Shown here: positions 1 through 8,481 of the stretch, in pieces
How the letters are laid out: each line of letters starts with the position of its first letter
Numbering within the stretch: the first letter of the stretch is position 1
IMG/VR virus record: IMGVR_UViG_3300008255_000136
Coordinates: 5,335 to 69,334 of that record
DNA: 64,000 bases
Reading direction: 5' to 3' (one strand)
Source: a virus
Lineage: Duplodnaviria > Caudoviricetes
The notes under the pieces: model-generated
Seen by the model: the letters and a program-made list of their open reading frames with translations, nothing else
Database searches by the model: none
What the model was told of the DNA's origin: nothing
Made by a program: the position numbers and the translations under genes

Positions 1-2
1 GA

Positions 3-731
3 ATGATGGCACTTTTAGCCGATCAAACCGGCTCGAACACTCCTTATTTTACTTATTTCGGAGAAATAGACGCTGTTCATATTTTTGAAAATTTTGATAA
101 CAGATGCTACGTGGTTAGAACAACGACAGGAGATGTTGGACATACTGATTCCATAATATCTAGATGGAGAAGGCTTTCTCCAATTGATAGCAAAACAATT
201 TTAAATGGATATCCAGCCCAACACTATTCCTTTGGAGAGAATTCTATATTACATGATACAAATGCTGAAAGAGGAAATCTTTTAGGCTTAGATTCTATAT
301 TTCCTGTTGGAATTTGGTTTTCAGACCCATCTCATTTTGCTGGTTATTTAAGAAACTGCTATTCTGCAAACGAAAATTTGCCTGAAGCTTCTGGTACGCT
401 TAGCGGTTCAAATTATCTTCATAGAAGAAATCAGCCTGAATCTAATATTGTTTTGAAGTTTGATGGCTCTACTGTGTTTGGCAGAGATAGTTCTGGATCT
501 CTTTTAGAACCTCTAAATCATAGGGATTTTTTATTCAGTGGTTCTTATTCTATGGATGTAGATTTTAATAATACAAGACTTTGGGGAGTGACAGGCTCTG
601 TAACAACATTAATTGTACCTGAACCAGAACCAGAACCTGAACCAATACTAACAAATGTTGTTGATAAAAATAGATTAAGAATTACGTATCCTTCTAGACG
701 AGGGAGACCAGTTTTTGGAAATTTAAGTTAA
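3..731 (+). CDS. Probable structural/adhesin protein, C-terminal part (likely begins upstream of the window)
   Basis: ORF open from the window edge; Ser/Gly/Asn-rich beta-type sequence; PEPEPEPEP linker then a basic C-terminal tail. Confidence 0.4.
   Translation: MMALLADQTGSNTPYFTYFGEIDAVHIFENFDNRCYVVRTTTGDVGHTDSIISRWRRLSPIDSKTILNGYPAQHYSFGENSILHDTNAERGNLLGLDSIFPVGIWFSDPSHFAGYLRNCYSANENLPEASGTLSGSNYLHRRNQPESNIVLKFDGSTVFGRDSSGSLLEPLNHRDFLFSGSYSMDVDFNNTRLWGVTGSVTTLIVPEPEPEPEPILTNVVDKNRLRITYPSRRGRPVFGNLS
618..644 (+). repeat. Pro-Glu dipeptide repeat (PEPEPEPEP)
   Basis: cctgaaccagaaccagaacctgaacca, in frame in ORF 3..731. Confidence 0.9.
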
Positions 732-747
732 AAAAATTTAAAAACTG

Positions 748-756
748 TGTTAGAAT
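748..756 (+). promoter_or_regulatory. Extended -10 promoter (TGtTAGAAT), leaderless position
   Basis: TGn plus TAGAAT at 751-756; ATG 762 follows after 5 nt; no Shine-Dalgarno. Confidence 0.55.
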
Positions 757-761
757 CAGCT

Positions 762-1553
762 ATGTCAAACAGGTTTGTTTTTGTGGTTCCCTGCTACAAT
801 GCAGAAAAAACAATTGAACGCATGCTCATGAGTGTTTTTTTGCAAACTTATGAAAATTGGATTATCCTTATTCGTGACGATATGAGCACGGATAGTACAA
901 TTGATAAAGTTCGCACAATATGTCATAAAATGAATGTTGAATTTGGTTTTTATGATAAGGGCTTGTATGATCAAAGTGCCACAAAGAAAGATTCTCCTAA
1001 AGTTATCATCTGGAAAAATGATGAAAAGTTTTGGGAAGTTAAAAATGTTTTATCAATGATTCGAAGCGAATATGTAAAAGAAGATGATATTGTTTGCCGC
1101 CTTGACGGTGATGATTTCCTTTGCAATTTATGTGCTCTTCAAGATATAAATGTTGCCTATGAAGCAAGTAAAGCAGATTGCTTGTGGACCGCACACAGAT
1201 GGTCAGATACTTGGGCCAATATATCTCAAGCACTACCTGACGGGGCAGATGTTTATAATCATCCATGGGTAACTTCTCATTTAAAAACATTTAGAAAAAG
1301 AATTATAACAAATATAGATGATGAAAATTTTCGTGGTTCTGATGGAGATTATATAAAAAGAGCTGGGGATCAAGCCATTTATCTTCCTGTGCTTCACAAG
1401 TCAAAAACAAGAATATTTCTTCCAACAGTAACTTATTATTATAATATTGATATTAAAAAAGAAACATTTAATTCACAAGATTCAAAATTTCAATCTGAAG
1501 AAGCAAATTTTTTACGCTCTCGCGGATTTGTTAGCAAAATAGGGTTTATTTAA
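762..1553 (+). CDS. Glycosyltransferase family 2 (GT-A fold)
   Basis: VVPCYN, DDMSTD and RLDGDD (DxD) motifs; ATG 762 preferred over GTG 747 because of the promoter position. Confidence 0.9.
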   Translation: MSNRFVFVVPCYNAEKTIERMLMSVFLQTYENWIILIRDDMSTDSTIDKVRTICHKMNVEFGFYDKGLYDQSATKKDSPKVIIWKNDEKFWEVKNVLSMIRSEYVKEDDIVCRLDGDDFLCNLCALQDINVAYEASKADCLWTAHRWSDTWANISQALPDGADVYNHPWVTSHLKTFRKRIITNIDDENFRGSDGDYIKRAGDQAIYLPVLHKSKTRIFLPTVTYYYNIDIKKETFNSQDSKFQSEEANFLRSRGFVSKIGFI

Positions 1554-1557
1554 TAAC

Positions 1558-1878
1558 ATGAAACACATGCATTTTCATAATGGAACCTTTACTAAGGGAA
1601 AGTATATTACTGTTCGGAGAGGAGAGGAATGGTTCAATATAACGATGCCAGGAGAAAGACTGATTCTTGTAGATATGGAAACAGGGTCTCATTCCGCCAT
1701 AGCAAAAGTTTTAGAAACTCAAAAAATTGCATTCGACAATATAGAGCCAGATATTTTAAAAATGTCTTCAAATCCCGAATGTAAATCCAAGCAAGGATTA
1801 CTTCATAATATGAAAAGTACATATTTGGACTTTGACCCAAAAGAAAAAGTTACAATTATATTATTTGAAATTTTGTAA
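1558..1878 (+). CDS. ASCH/PUA-like domain protein
   Basis: 106 aa; GKYITVRR resembles the ASCH K-x-x-T-x-R motif, followed by PGE, A-K-V and a C-terminal VTIILF strand. Confidence 0.6.
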   Translation: MKHMHFHNGTFTKGKYITVRRGEEWFNITMPGERLILVDMETGSHSAIAKVLETQKIAFDNIEPDILKMSSNPECKSKQGLLHNMKSTYLDFDPKEKVTIILFEIL

Positions 1879-1889
1879 AAAAAGTTATT

Positions 1890-2798
1890 TTGAAAAAATT
1901 ATTAATAAATAGAAAGCCTGTAAATGGCCCTTGGGGCGGTGGAAATCTTTTTGTAAAAGCAATAATTGAAAATGCAGAAAGGCATGGTTATGAAATTGTT
2001 TATAAATTGATTCCAAATATTGATTCAATATTGATGATTGATCCTCGATATGATGAATTGGGAATCTCTATAAATGAGATATTTTCTTATAAATCCAAAA
2101 ATCCAAATGTTAGAGTTGTTCATCGAGTAAATGAATGTGATGCTAGAAAAGGGACGAACAACATCGATGTTCTTTTGTCTAAATCTTCAAAGATTACTGA
2201 TGCAACAATTTTTGTTTCAAAGTGGATGCAAGATTACTTTAAAGATTCTTGGGAAACAAAAGAACAGCATGTAATCTATAATGGAGTTAATAAATCCCAT
2301 TTTAGAATTAAGGATCCTGATTTAAGAATTTATGATAAAATGCCTCCTAAGAAAATTATTGCTCATCATTGGTCAAACAATGAAATGAAAGGGTTTGATA
2401 TTTATGAAAAAATTGATAAATGGGTTGAAAAAAATAAAGATTACGAATTTATCTACATTGGAAGAGATAGAAAAACATTCAAAAATGCGATGGCTATTGA
2501 ACCTTTGTTTGGGAAGGCACTTGGCGACGAACTTAGGCAAGGAGACATTTATGTCAGTGCTTCTCGCTTTGATCCAGGCCCAAATCATGTCATTGAAGCT
2601 TTGGCTTGTGAAATTCCAACCTACGTACATGCAGACGGAGGTGGCGCTGTCGAGTTTGCCGGCACTGATGCAGTATATGGATCTTTTGAAGAGCTTATTT
2701 TGAGAATTTCGAAATCTGAACTCCCAACAAAGCGTGGATGGAATATATCTTGGGAAGATTGTGTAGATCTATATTTTAAGATTATTGATGGTAAATAG
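1890..2798 (+). CDS. Glycosyltransferase, GT4-like (GT-B fold)
   Basis: PWGGG N-terminal loop, IYNGV, YVSASRFDPGPNHVIEALAC. Confidence 0.85.
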   Translation: MKKLLINRKPVNGPWGGGNLFVKAIIENAERHGYEIVYKLIPNIDSILMIDPRYDELGISINEIFSYKSKNPNVRVVHRVNECDARKGTNNIDVLLSKSSKITDATIFVSKWMQDYFKDSWETKEQHVIYNGVNKSHFRIKDPDLRIYDKMPPKKIIAHHWSNNEMKGFDIYEKIDKWVEKNKDYEFIYIGRDRKTFKNAMAIEPLFGKALGDELRQGDIYVSASRFDPGPNHVIEALACEIPTYVHADGGGAVEFAGTDAVYGSFEELILRISKSELPTKRGWNISWEDCVDLYFKIIDGK

Positions 2799-2809
2799 TT
2801 CTAAGTCTT

Positions 2810-2818
2810 TGGTATCAT
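2810..2818 (+). promoter_or_regulatory. Extended -10 promoter (TGgTATCAT), leaderless position
   Basis: Intergenic; ATG 2825 follows after 6 nt; no SD. Confidence 0.5.
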
Positions 2819-2824
2819 AGGTTT

Positions 2825-3766
2825 ATGAAAGTTTATGTGCATCCTCCGAATGAGTCTTGGATCTGTGATAGATTTGCAAGCGAATGGAGTGCTTGGATAC
2901 AAAACAGTGATAACAATTTATCTGTAAGTAAATCTTTCAAAGAGTCAGATTTAATATGGCTTTTAGCTGATTGGTGTTGGCGTAAGGTAGATCCATATTC
3001 TTTGTCAAGAAAAAAAGTAATTGCAACAGTTCATCATATAGTTCCAAACAAATTTGGAAATCATGCACGTATGGAATTTATGCAAAGAGATGAATTTGTT
3101 GATGCTTATCATGTTCCTTGCATGGCCACAAAAATACAGATACAAGACCTTACCACAAAGCCAATTTACTCATTTCCATTTTGGGTAAATCAAAATATAT
3201 GGTTTGAAAAAGATAAGAATTTCTTAAGAAAAAGATACAATATAAATCAAGATGTTTTTCTGATTGGAAGTTTTCAAAGAGATACGGAAGGATTTGATCT
3301 TAAGTCTCCTAAGTTGGAAAAGGGACCTGATGTATTTTGTAATATTGTTAGCAACATGTACAAAGAAAATAAAAATATCAAAGTTCTTCTTGCCGGATGG
3401 CGTCGCCAATATGTTATGGAAAGACTAAAACAAGAAAGGATACCTTTTTTATATCAAGAATTGCCAAGTTTCGAAGTCTTAAATGATTTCTACAATATGC
3501 TTGATTTGTATATAGTTGCATCTAGGTACGAGGGAGGTCCACAGGCAATTTTTGAATCATCTATTGTAAAGACTCCTATCATCTCAACTTCGGTAGGTTA
3601 CGCTGAAGAATTGCTTCATAAGAAAAGCCTTATTTCAAACGGGGCTGACTGGCAATCGTGCAAGGAAGAGGATGTAATAAAATATAATTTTGATCAGGTG
3701 TCAAAGATAAGGATGCCTGAAGGTTTTAATAATTTTATAAATATGATTAATGAGGTAGCCAAATAA
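2825..3766 (+). CDS. Glycosyltransferase, GT4-like (GT-B fold)
   Basis: EKGPD and LDLYIVASRYEGGPQAIFES motifs. Confidence 0.85.
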   Translation: MKVYVHPPNESWICDRFASEWSAWIQNSDNNLSVSKSFKESDLIWLLADWCWRKVDPYSLSRKKVIATVHHIVPNKFGNHARMEFMQRDEFVDAYHVPCMATKIQIQDLTTKPIYSFPFWVNQNIWFEKDKNFLRKRYNINQDVFLIGSFQRDTEGFDLKSPKLEKGPDVFCNIVSNMYKENKNIKVLLAGWRRQYVMERLKQERIPFLYQELPSFEVLNDFYNMLDLYIVASRYEGGPQAIFESSIVKTPIISTSVGYAEELLHKKSLISNGADWQSCKEEDVIKYNFDQVSKIRMPEGFNNFINMINEVAK

Positions 3767-3829
3767 TAGTAGCAGGACTTTGCAATTCTGCACTTAAGAA
3801 TAAAATGTAAAAAGAGGATTTTTATTGAA

Positions 3830-4492
3830 ATGAATATTAAAGAGTTATGTATAACAAAACCAGGCTTGTTGCTTGATGACGATAGTTTTATGTCATGGTT
3901 TGATAAAAGTTCTAGTGTTGAAGATTCGTTAAGAAAAGGTTCACAGGACTTTCATAATTTATTGTTTGATAAAAAATCCAAAGATTATTTGGGAGATATA
4001 TCAGAAAAGAAGTGTTTAGAGATTGGCTTTGGTGGTGGAAGATTGCTATCAGAGGCTTGCAATAATTTTGGTCATTGCACAGGAATAGATATTCACGATT
4101 CTTTTGATAGGACTAAGAAAATATTGTCTGACAAATTAAACTTTAGATTATTGCATTCAGATGACATAGATTTGATAGAAACATGCTCAATAGATTTTGT
4201 GTATAGTTTCATAGTATTCCAGCATTTTACTAGCTGGAGTGTTGCTGAAAGATACTTAGAAATGATTGATAGAGTTTTGGTTGATAATGGCTTGGCTATT
4301 ATTTATTTTGGAAGATTAGATAATGGCTCTATTTACGTAAGCCCAGAATCAAACTCAAATGATTGGTGGATGAGCATGAATGTTTCTAAGTCATATTTAG
4401 AAAAAGAGCTATCAAAAAGATTTAAAGTATTAGAGATTGATCAAAGGCCAGGAAGCAAACAAATATTTGCTAGATTTAAAAAAAATATTTGA
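3830..4492 (+). CDS. Class I SAM-dependent methyltransferase
   Basis: Motif I CLEIGFGGGR, GIDI, IDFVYSFIVFQH, VLVDNG. Confidence 0.85.
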   Translation: MNIKELCITKPGLLLDDDSFMSWFDKSSSVEDSLRKGSQDFHNLLFDKKSKDYLGDISEKKCLEIGFGGGRLLSEACNNFGHCTGIDIHDSFDRTKKILSDKLNFRLLHSDDIDLIETCSIDFVYSFIVFQHFTSWSVAERYLEMIDRVLVDNGLAIIYFGRLDNGSIYVSPESNSNDWWMSMNVSKSYLEKELSKRFKVLEIDQRPGSKQIFARFKKNI

Positions 4493-4508
4493 TTGAAAGG
4501 ATTTGTAG

Positions 4509-5447
4509 ATGAGAATATATTTTGATAATGTTTTTTTTGATTCTCAATCTGGACCGAACTCATTTGGAAACAGGCTTGCTAACCAGTTTCTAAAAATGGG
4601 ACATGAGATTGCAAAGGAAAATGAAAATTATGATATTTTTTTATCCTTTATTGAACAAAGAGTTCGTTCTGCCCTTAGGTCAAAAAAGGTCCTTAGACTA
4701 GATGGAATTTGGTTTAAGCCAGAAAATTTTGAACAAAACAACAGAACAATTAAGCAAGCTTATTTTGCTTTTGATCATGTTATTTTTCAAAGCAATTTTG
4801 ATAAACAAATGATTGAAACACATTTTGGTAAAAGGTCTGATTGTTCAGTTATTCATAATGGAATTGATTTATGCGTAATGGATGCGATTCCTCAAATAAG
4901 TCATAAAAATGAAAAAATATTTGTTTGTTCTGCTTCTTGGCATCCGCAAAAAAGATTAAAAGACAATATATTATTATTTTCTCAAATTAGAAAACAATTA
5001 AAAAAGAACAGAGAAGATGCGAGGCTTTATGTTCTTGGAAAGAACGCAGACTTTCAAAGTCTAAGCTCTGAAGATTTGGAGAATGTTTTTTATCTTGGTC
5101 ACCAAAGGCATGAAGCATGTTTGAAGATTTATGCAACTGCTGACTATTTTATCCATTTGGCTTGGCTGGATCACTGCCCAAATGTGGTGGTAGAAGCCCT
5201 AAGTCAAGGATGTCCAGTAATTTGCACAAGCAGCGGAGGAACTCACGAGATTGTAAAAGAAAATGGAATAATAATTCCCGAAACAAAAGATTACAATTTT
5301 GAACTTACTGATTATGACTCTCCTTACCCTATTGATTTTTCTAATTTTATATTGCCTGAAAAAAGACCTGAAGTTAATGCAGATTATCTTGATATCGAAA
5401 AAGTAGCCGAAGAATATATAAGGATTTTTAAAAATGAAACATATTGA
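4509..5447 (+). CDS. Glycosyltransferase, GT4-like (GT-B fold)
   Basis: SGP, RLDG, IFQS, VIHNG, HPQKR, DHCPNVVVEALSQGCPVI. Confidence 0.9.
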   Translation: MRIYFDNVFFDSQSGPNSFGNRLANQFLKMGHEIAKENENYDIFLSFIEQRVRSALRSKKVLRLDGIWFKPENFEQNNRTIKQAYFAFDHVIFQSNFDKQMIETHFGKRSDCSVIHNGIDLCVMDAIPQISHKNEKIFVCSASWHPQKRLKDNILLFSQIRKQLKKNREDARLYVLGKNADFQSLSSEDLENVFYLGHQRHEACLKIYATADYFIHLAWLDHCPNVVVEALSQGCPVICTSSGGTHEIVKENGIIIPETKDYNFELTDYDSPYPIDFSNFILPEKRPEVNADYLDIEKVAEEYIRIFKNETY

Positions 5448-5679
5448 AATAGAAGAAGCATTCAAAATCGCAAAGTTCAATAACGCAATTAGGCTCCAGA
5501 ACAGAATAATGGAACTTTGTGAAGCAATTAAGTGCGATTTATCAGAAATTGAAGAGCCATTATCGGAAGAAACTGAAGAAGAAGATGACGACGACGACGA
5601 TTTTGTAGATGAAAATTCAACAGTCAAAGAAGAGTTATTTGCGCTTTTAGAAGTTTATAGAACCATTATTGAATCTTAA
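5434..5679 (+). CDS. Small, highly acidic hypothetical protein
   Basis: 81 aa, 26 Asp/Glu by my count, including EETEEEDDDDDD; overlaps the upstream stop. Confidence 0.6.
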   Translation: MKHIEIEEAFKIAKFNNAIRLQNRIMELCEAIKCDLSEIEEPLSEETEEEDDDDDDFVDENSTVKEELFALLEVYRTIIES

Positions 5680-5685
5680 TATGTT

Positions 5686-6237
5686 ATGGAAAATTTAGAA
5701 ACAAAAAATTCTAGACCAAGCAATTTGCTGCTGAATGATTTAATTAGATTCTCAAAGGGATTTAAAAAATCATCTTATTTAGAAATAGATTTTGGAGAAG
5801 GAGATTTTATATCAACTCTTTCTCCTCATTTTCGTTCATGCTATGGAATAGATTTAAGTCAAGACAATTTCAATAATCTAAATAGAATGTTTGTTGAAAA
5901 AAAGTTCAAGAATTCCATGGTGTTTTGCGGAGACTCTTCAAGAATTCCAATGAACAAATATGACGTAGTATTAATTGGAAAAAACAAGAGCTACAAAGAA
6001 ATTCTTATTGATACAATTAATGTTATTTCTAAAAACATTAATCAAAATCCATTTTTAATTGTCTATAATGGCTATGGAATTTTAAATTCTGGAGCTAACC
6101 AATTTTGTGATAAATTTTTTAAAGATTTTATGTTAGTAATTGGAGATAAAAAGCAGTCAGAAGCGGTTGCTTGCGCCTTTGATTTGAATATGAAGAAAAA
6201 GTATTTGGAAATATTAAAAAATGAATATGAACAATGA
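5686..6237 (+). CDS. Divergent SAM-dependent methyltransferase-like protein
   Basis: YLEIDFGEG (degenerate motif I), YGIDLS, FCGDS, YDVVLI. Confidence 0.45.
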   Translation: MENLETKNSRPSNLLLNDLIRFSKGFKKSSYLEIDFGEGDFISTLSPHFRSCYGIDLSQDNFNNLNRMFVEKKFKNSMVFCGDSSRIPMNKYDVVLIGKNKSYKEILIDTINVISKNINQNPFLIVYNGYGILNSGANQFCDKFFKDFMLVIGDKKQSEAVACAFDLNMKKKYLEILKNEYEQ

Positions 6238-6271
6238 TAATTAAAGGATATAGAAAGTCATTTTAGATTTG

Positions 6272-6277
6272 TATAAT
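6272..6277 (+). promoter_or_regulatory. -10 box TATAAT, leaderless position
   Basis: Intergenic consensus TATAAT; GTG 6283 follows after 5 nt. Confidence 0.5.
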
Positions 6278-6282
6278 AGATC

Positions 6283-7176
6283 GTGATTTCCATTTTAGAT
6301 ACAAAAGATCGATGCAACAATAAGTTATCGATTGTTAAAAATGCATATACTTGCAAAGATTCTAAATTTATAAATTGTCAAAACGCAGGAGATTCTTCAT
6401 GCGTTTTGACAATTTCATTTTCTGAGCTAAAAAATCATGTTGAATGTTCTTATCGTCATAAGCTTCAATATATTGATAAGATCAATATGTTTGAAGAAAA
6501 TGTAAATACAAATTTTGGAACGGCTTTGCATGAATCATGCGAACATTATCTTAAGTCAAGAGAAATGAAGTATGAGTTGGCTTTAGACTATATTGTTGAA
6601 GCATGGAAAAAATATGATCTGCCTGATTTAGGGCAGTGGCTCAAAGAGGCAAATGCGATTCTGGAGGCTGTGCCCAAATTTCTAGACGAAAGATTTCCAG
6701 GATGGAAGTACGTCTCAGCAGAAGAGAAAATCCATGAAAGAATCGAAGGAAAACACTCTCAAGAAGTTGCTTTCAAGGGATACATTGACGGAATCATTGA
6801 GCATGATGGAATTTTTTATATTTTAGACTGGAAAACAAGTTCTAAGGGTTGGAATAAATATAAGAAAGAAGATGAAACCCTAAAGATGCAGCTTGTTCTT
6901 TATGCCAAGTTTTGGGGACAAAAACATAATATTGAGGCTTCCAAAATTCGTGTTGGATTTGTTGTTTTGAATAGAGACCTTTCAAATCCTGAGAGAATAG
7001 AGTTTTTTACGTTTCCAATTGAAGAGAAGGCCACCAAGAATACTTTGAAAATATTGAATAACGCAATTTCTATGAAAAGAGATGGATTGTACTTTAAGCA
7101 ATGGAAATATAAAGTTCCAAACCAGCAAAGAAATTGTAGATTTTGTGATTATAATGAAACAAAATATTGCCCATAG
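6283..7176 (+). CDS. PD-(D/E)XK nuclease, Cas4/AddB-like, probable Fe-S cluster
   Basis: ISFSEL...ECSYR, GTALH, FKGYIDG, ILDWKTS, QL.LY, C-terminal CRFC-x7-C. Confidence 0.85.
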   Translation: MISILDTKDRCNNKLSIVKNAYTCKDSKFINCQNAGDSSCVLTISFSELKNHVECSYRHKLQYIDKINMFEENVNTNFGTALHESCEHYLKSREMKYELALDYIVEAWKKYDLPDLGQWLKEANAILEAVPKFLDERFPGWKYVSAEEKIHERIEGKHSQEVAFKGYIDGIIEHDGIFYILDWKTSSKGWNKYKKEDETLKMQLVLYAKFWGQKHNIEASKIRVGFVVLNRDLSNPERIEFFTFPIEEKATKNTLKILNNAISMKRDGLYFKQWKYKVPNQQRNCRFCDYNETKYCP

Positions 7177-7184
7177 TTATATGC

Positions 7185-8411
7185 ATGGGAAACTTTACAG
7201 ATGATCCAATTGATTTAGAAAAGTCTTTAGCAAGCGAGCCTGGCGGAAATGAGCTTATCAAAAAAAAGAAAAAGTCGGCTTATTTGTCTTGGAATGAGCT
7301 AATGGAATCTGTTATTTGCTGTCTTTTTGAATCAAAACAAGACAATATTGAACAGGACATAAATTTTCAATATATTGAAGATGATTCAGAAGAGCATGAT
7401 AAAGAAAGAGGGTATAATATTAGTCAAATTAACGCATTTATAGATGGGAATTTGGTTGGAGAATTAAAAATTGCTTACATTCCATTAGAAAAGTTTGAGG
7501 AAATATATAAATCAATTTGGCATTACTTGTATTTGTCGAAAGGATGGACATCTTTAAAAAAGATTATATATACTGATAAGTGGAAAGATCCTGAAATTTT
7601 ATGGGAACATATTTATCCTTATTTAAGAATGGGTATAGGTTCAAATCTTTCTTTAGAAGAAAAAATAGAAATTATTAAAGAAATACAAAACAATTCTATT
7701 TATAAAGATGATTTTCATAAATTTAAAAGACATTGGGTAAACAAACCAATGGTTGATTTTATTCAAGTCAACCCAAAATGGAGAAGAAAAGGAATAGGAA
7801 CTTCTCTTTATAGAGAAGGTGCAAGAATAATGGCTCAAAAAGGTCTAAAACTTTATGCTTCTGGGATTCAAAGTCCTGAAGCAAAGGCCGCTTGGAGTAA
7901 AATGCCAATAGAAACAAAGTCAGGAAGACGTTTCTTAAGTGACTTAAATGAAAGTGTATGCAAGACAATTTTAGAGTCTAGATTTTTTGATACAGAAGAT
8001 ATTGAAGAGAATCTTAAGTCAATAGAAGAACTAAAAGCCTTAATTCCTAAATTTGTAAAAGCTGCCCAAAAAGAGTATGATGAATGGATGTTAGATGATG
8101 ATGGTTTTCATTGGGAGTTGGGTTCAGGAGGAATTTGTCAAAATATTGCAGAACAATTGGCAGATGTACTCAATTCAAATGGAATAGAGGCAACTATTGC
8201 GTGTGCTCACCAAGGAGAGCAACATGTTTGGGCGGTGGCAAAAACCTCAGATGGGGTTTTTGAAATTGATATTGATCCATATCGATATGAGACTGGTGGT
8301 GGATATAATTGGAAAAAACTTCCAGATGTAGAATTTAGCGAAGATGATATAATCATAAATTTACTAGATTCTGATCCATCTTCTTTTGAAGATTATCTTG
8401 ACTCCATATAA
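7185..8411 (+). CDS. Fusion of a GNAT acetyltransferase and a transglutaminase/papain-like Cys-His-Asp domain; probable virion-packaged effector
   Basis: GNAT motif A QVNPKWRRKGIGTSLY and QSPEAKAAW; C-terminal GGIC...QHVW...IDID; ATG 7185 preferred over TTG 7167. Confidence 0.7.
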   Translation: MGNFTDDPIDLEKSLASEPGGNELIKKKKKSAYLSWNELMESVICCLFESKQDNIEQDINFQYIEDDSEEHDKERGYNISQINAFIDGNLVGELKIAYIPLEKFEEIYKSIWHYLYLSKGWTSLKKIIYTDKWKDPEILWEHIYPYLRMGIGSNLSLEEKIEIIKEIQNNSIYKDDFHKFKRHWVNKPMVDFIQVNPKWRRKGIGTSLYREGARIMAQKGLKLYASGIQSPEAKAAWSKMPIETKSGRRFLSDLNESVCKTILESRFFDTEDIEENLKSIEELKALIPKFVKAAQKEYDEWMLDDDGFHWELGSGGICQNIAEQLADVLNSNGIEATIACAHQGEQHVWAVAKTSDGVFEIDIDPYRYETGGGYNWKKLPDVEFSEDDIIINLLDSDPSSFEDYLDSI

Positions 8412-8449
8412 TGTTTTCTCCAAATGTTATTTTGTGACTCGTTAGAGAT

Positions 8450-8468
8450 AAACACGGATAGCGTGTTT
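8450..8468 (+). other. Inverted repeat AAACACG-N5-CGTGTTT (terminator or operator) next to a promoter
   Basis: Perfect 7-bp stem in the 8412-8481 intergenic gap, directly upstream of TATAAT. Confidence 0.5.
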
Positions 8469-8476
8469 GTTATAAT
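8468..8476 (+). promoter_or_regulatory. Extended -10 promoter (TGtTATAAT), leaderless position
   Basis: Consensus TGnTATAAT; GTG 8482 follows after 5 nt; no SD. Confidence 0.65.
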
Positions 8477-8481
8477 GAAGC

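Noticed and set aside
600-731. PEP-CTERM sorting signal (VPEP)
   Set aside because: No hydrophobic transmembrane helix follows VPEP; it reads as a Pro-Glu linker
5199-5627. Reverse-strand poly-Ser ORF
   Set aside because: Antisense shadow of the Asp/Glu tract of 5434..5679 and the end of the GT gene
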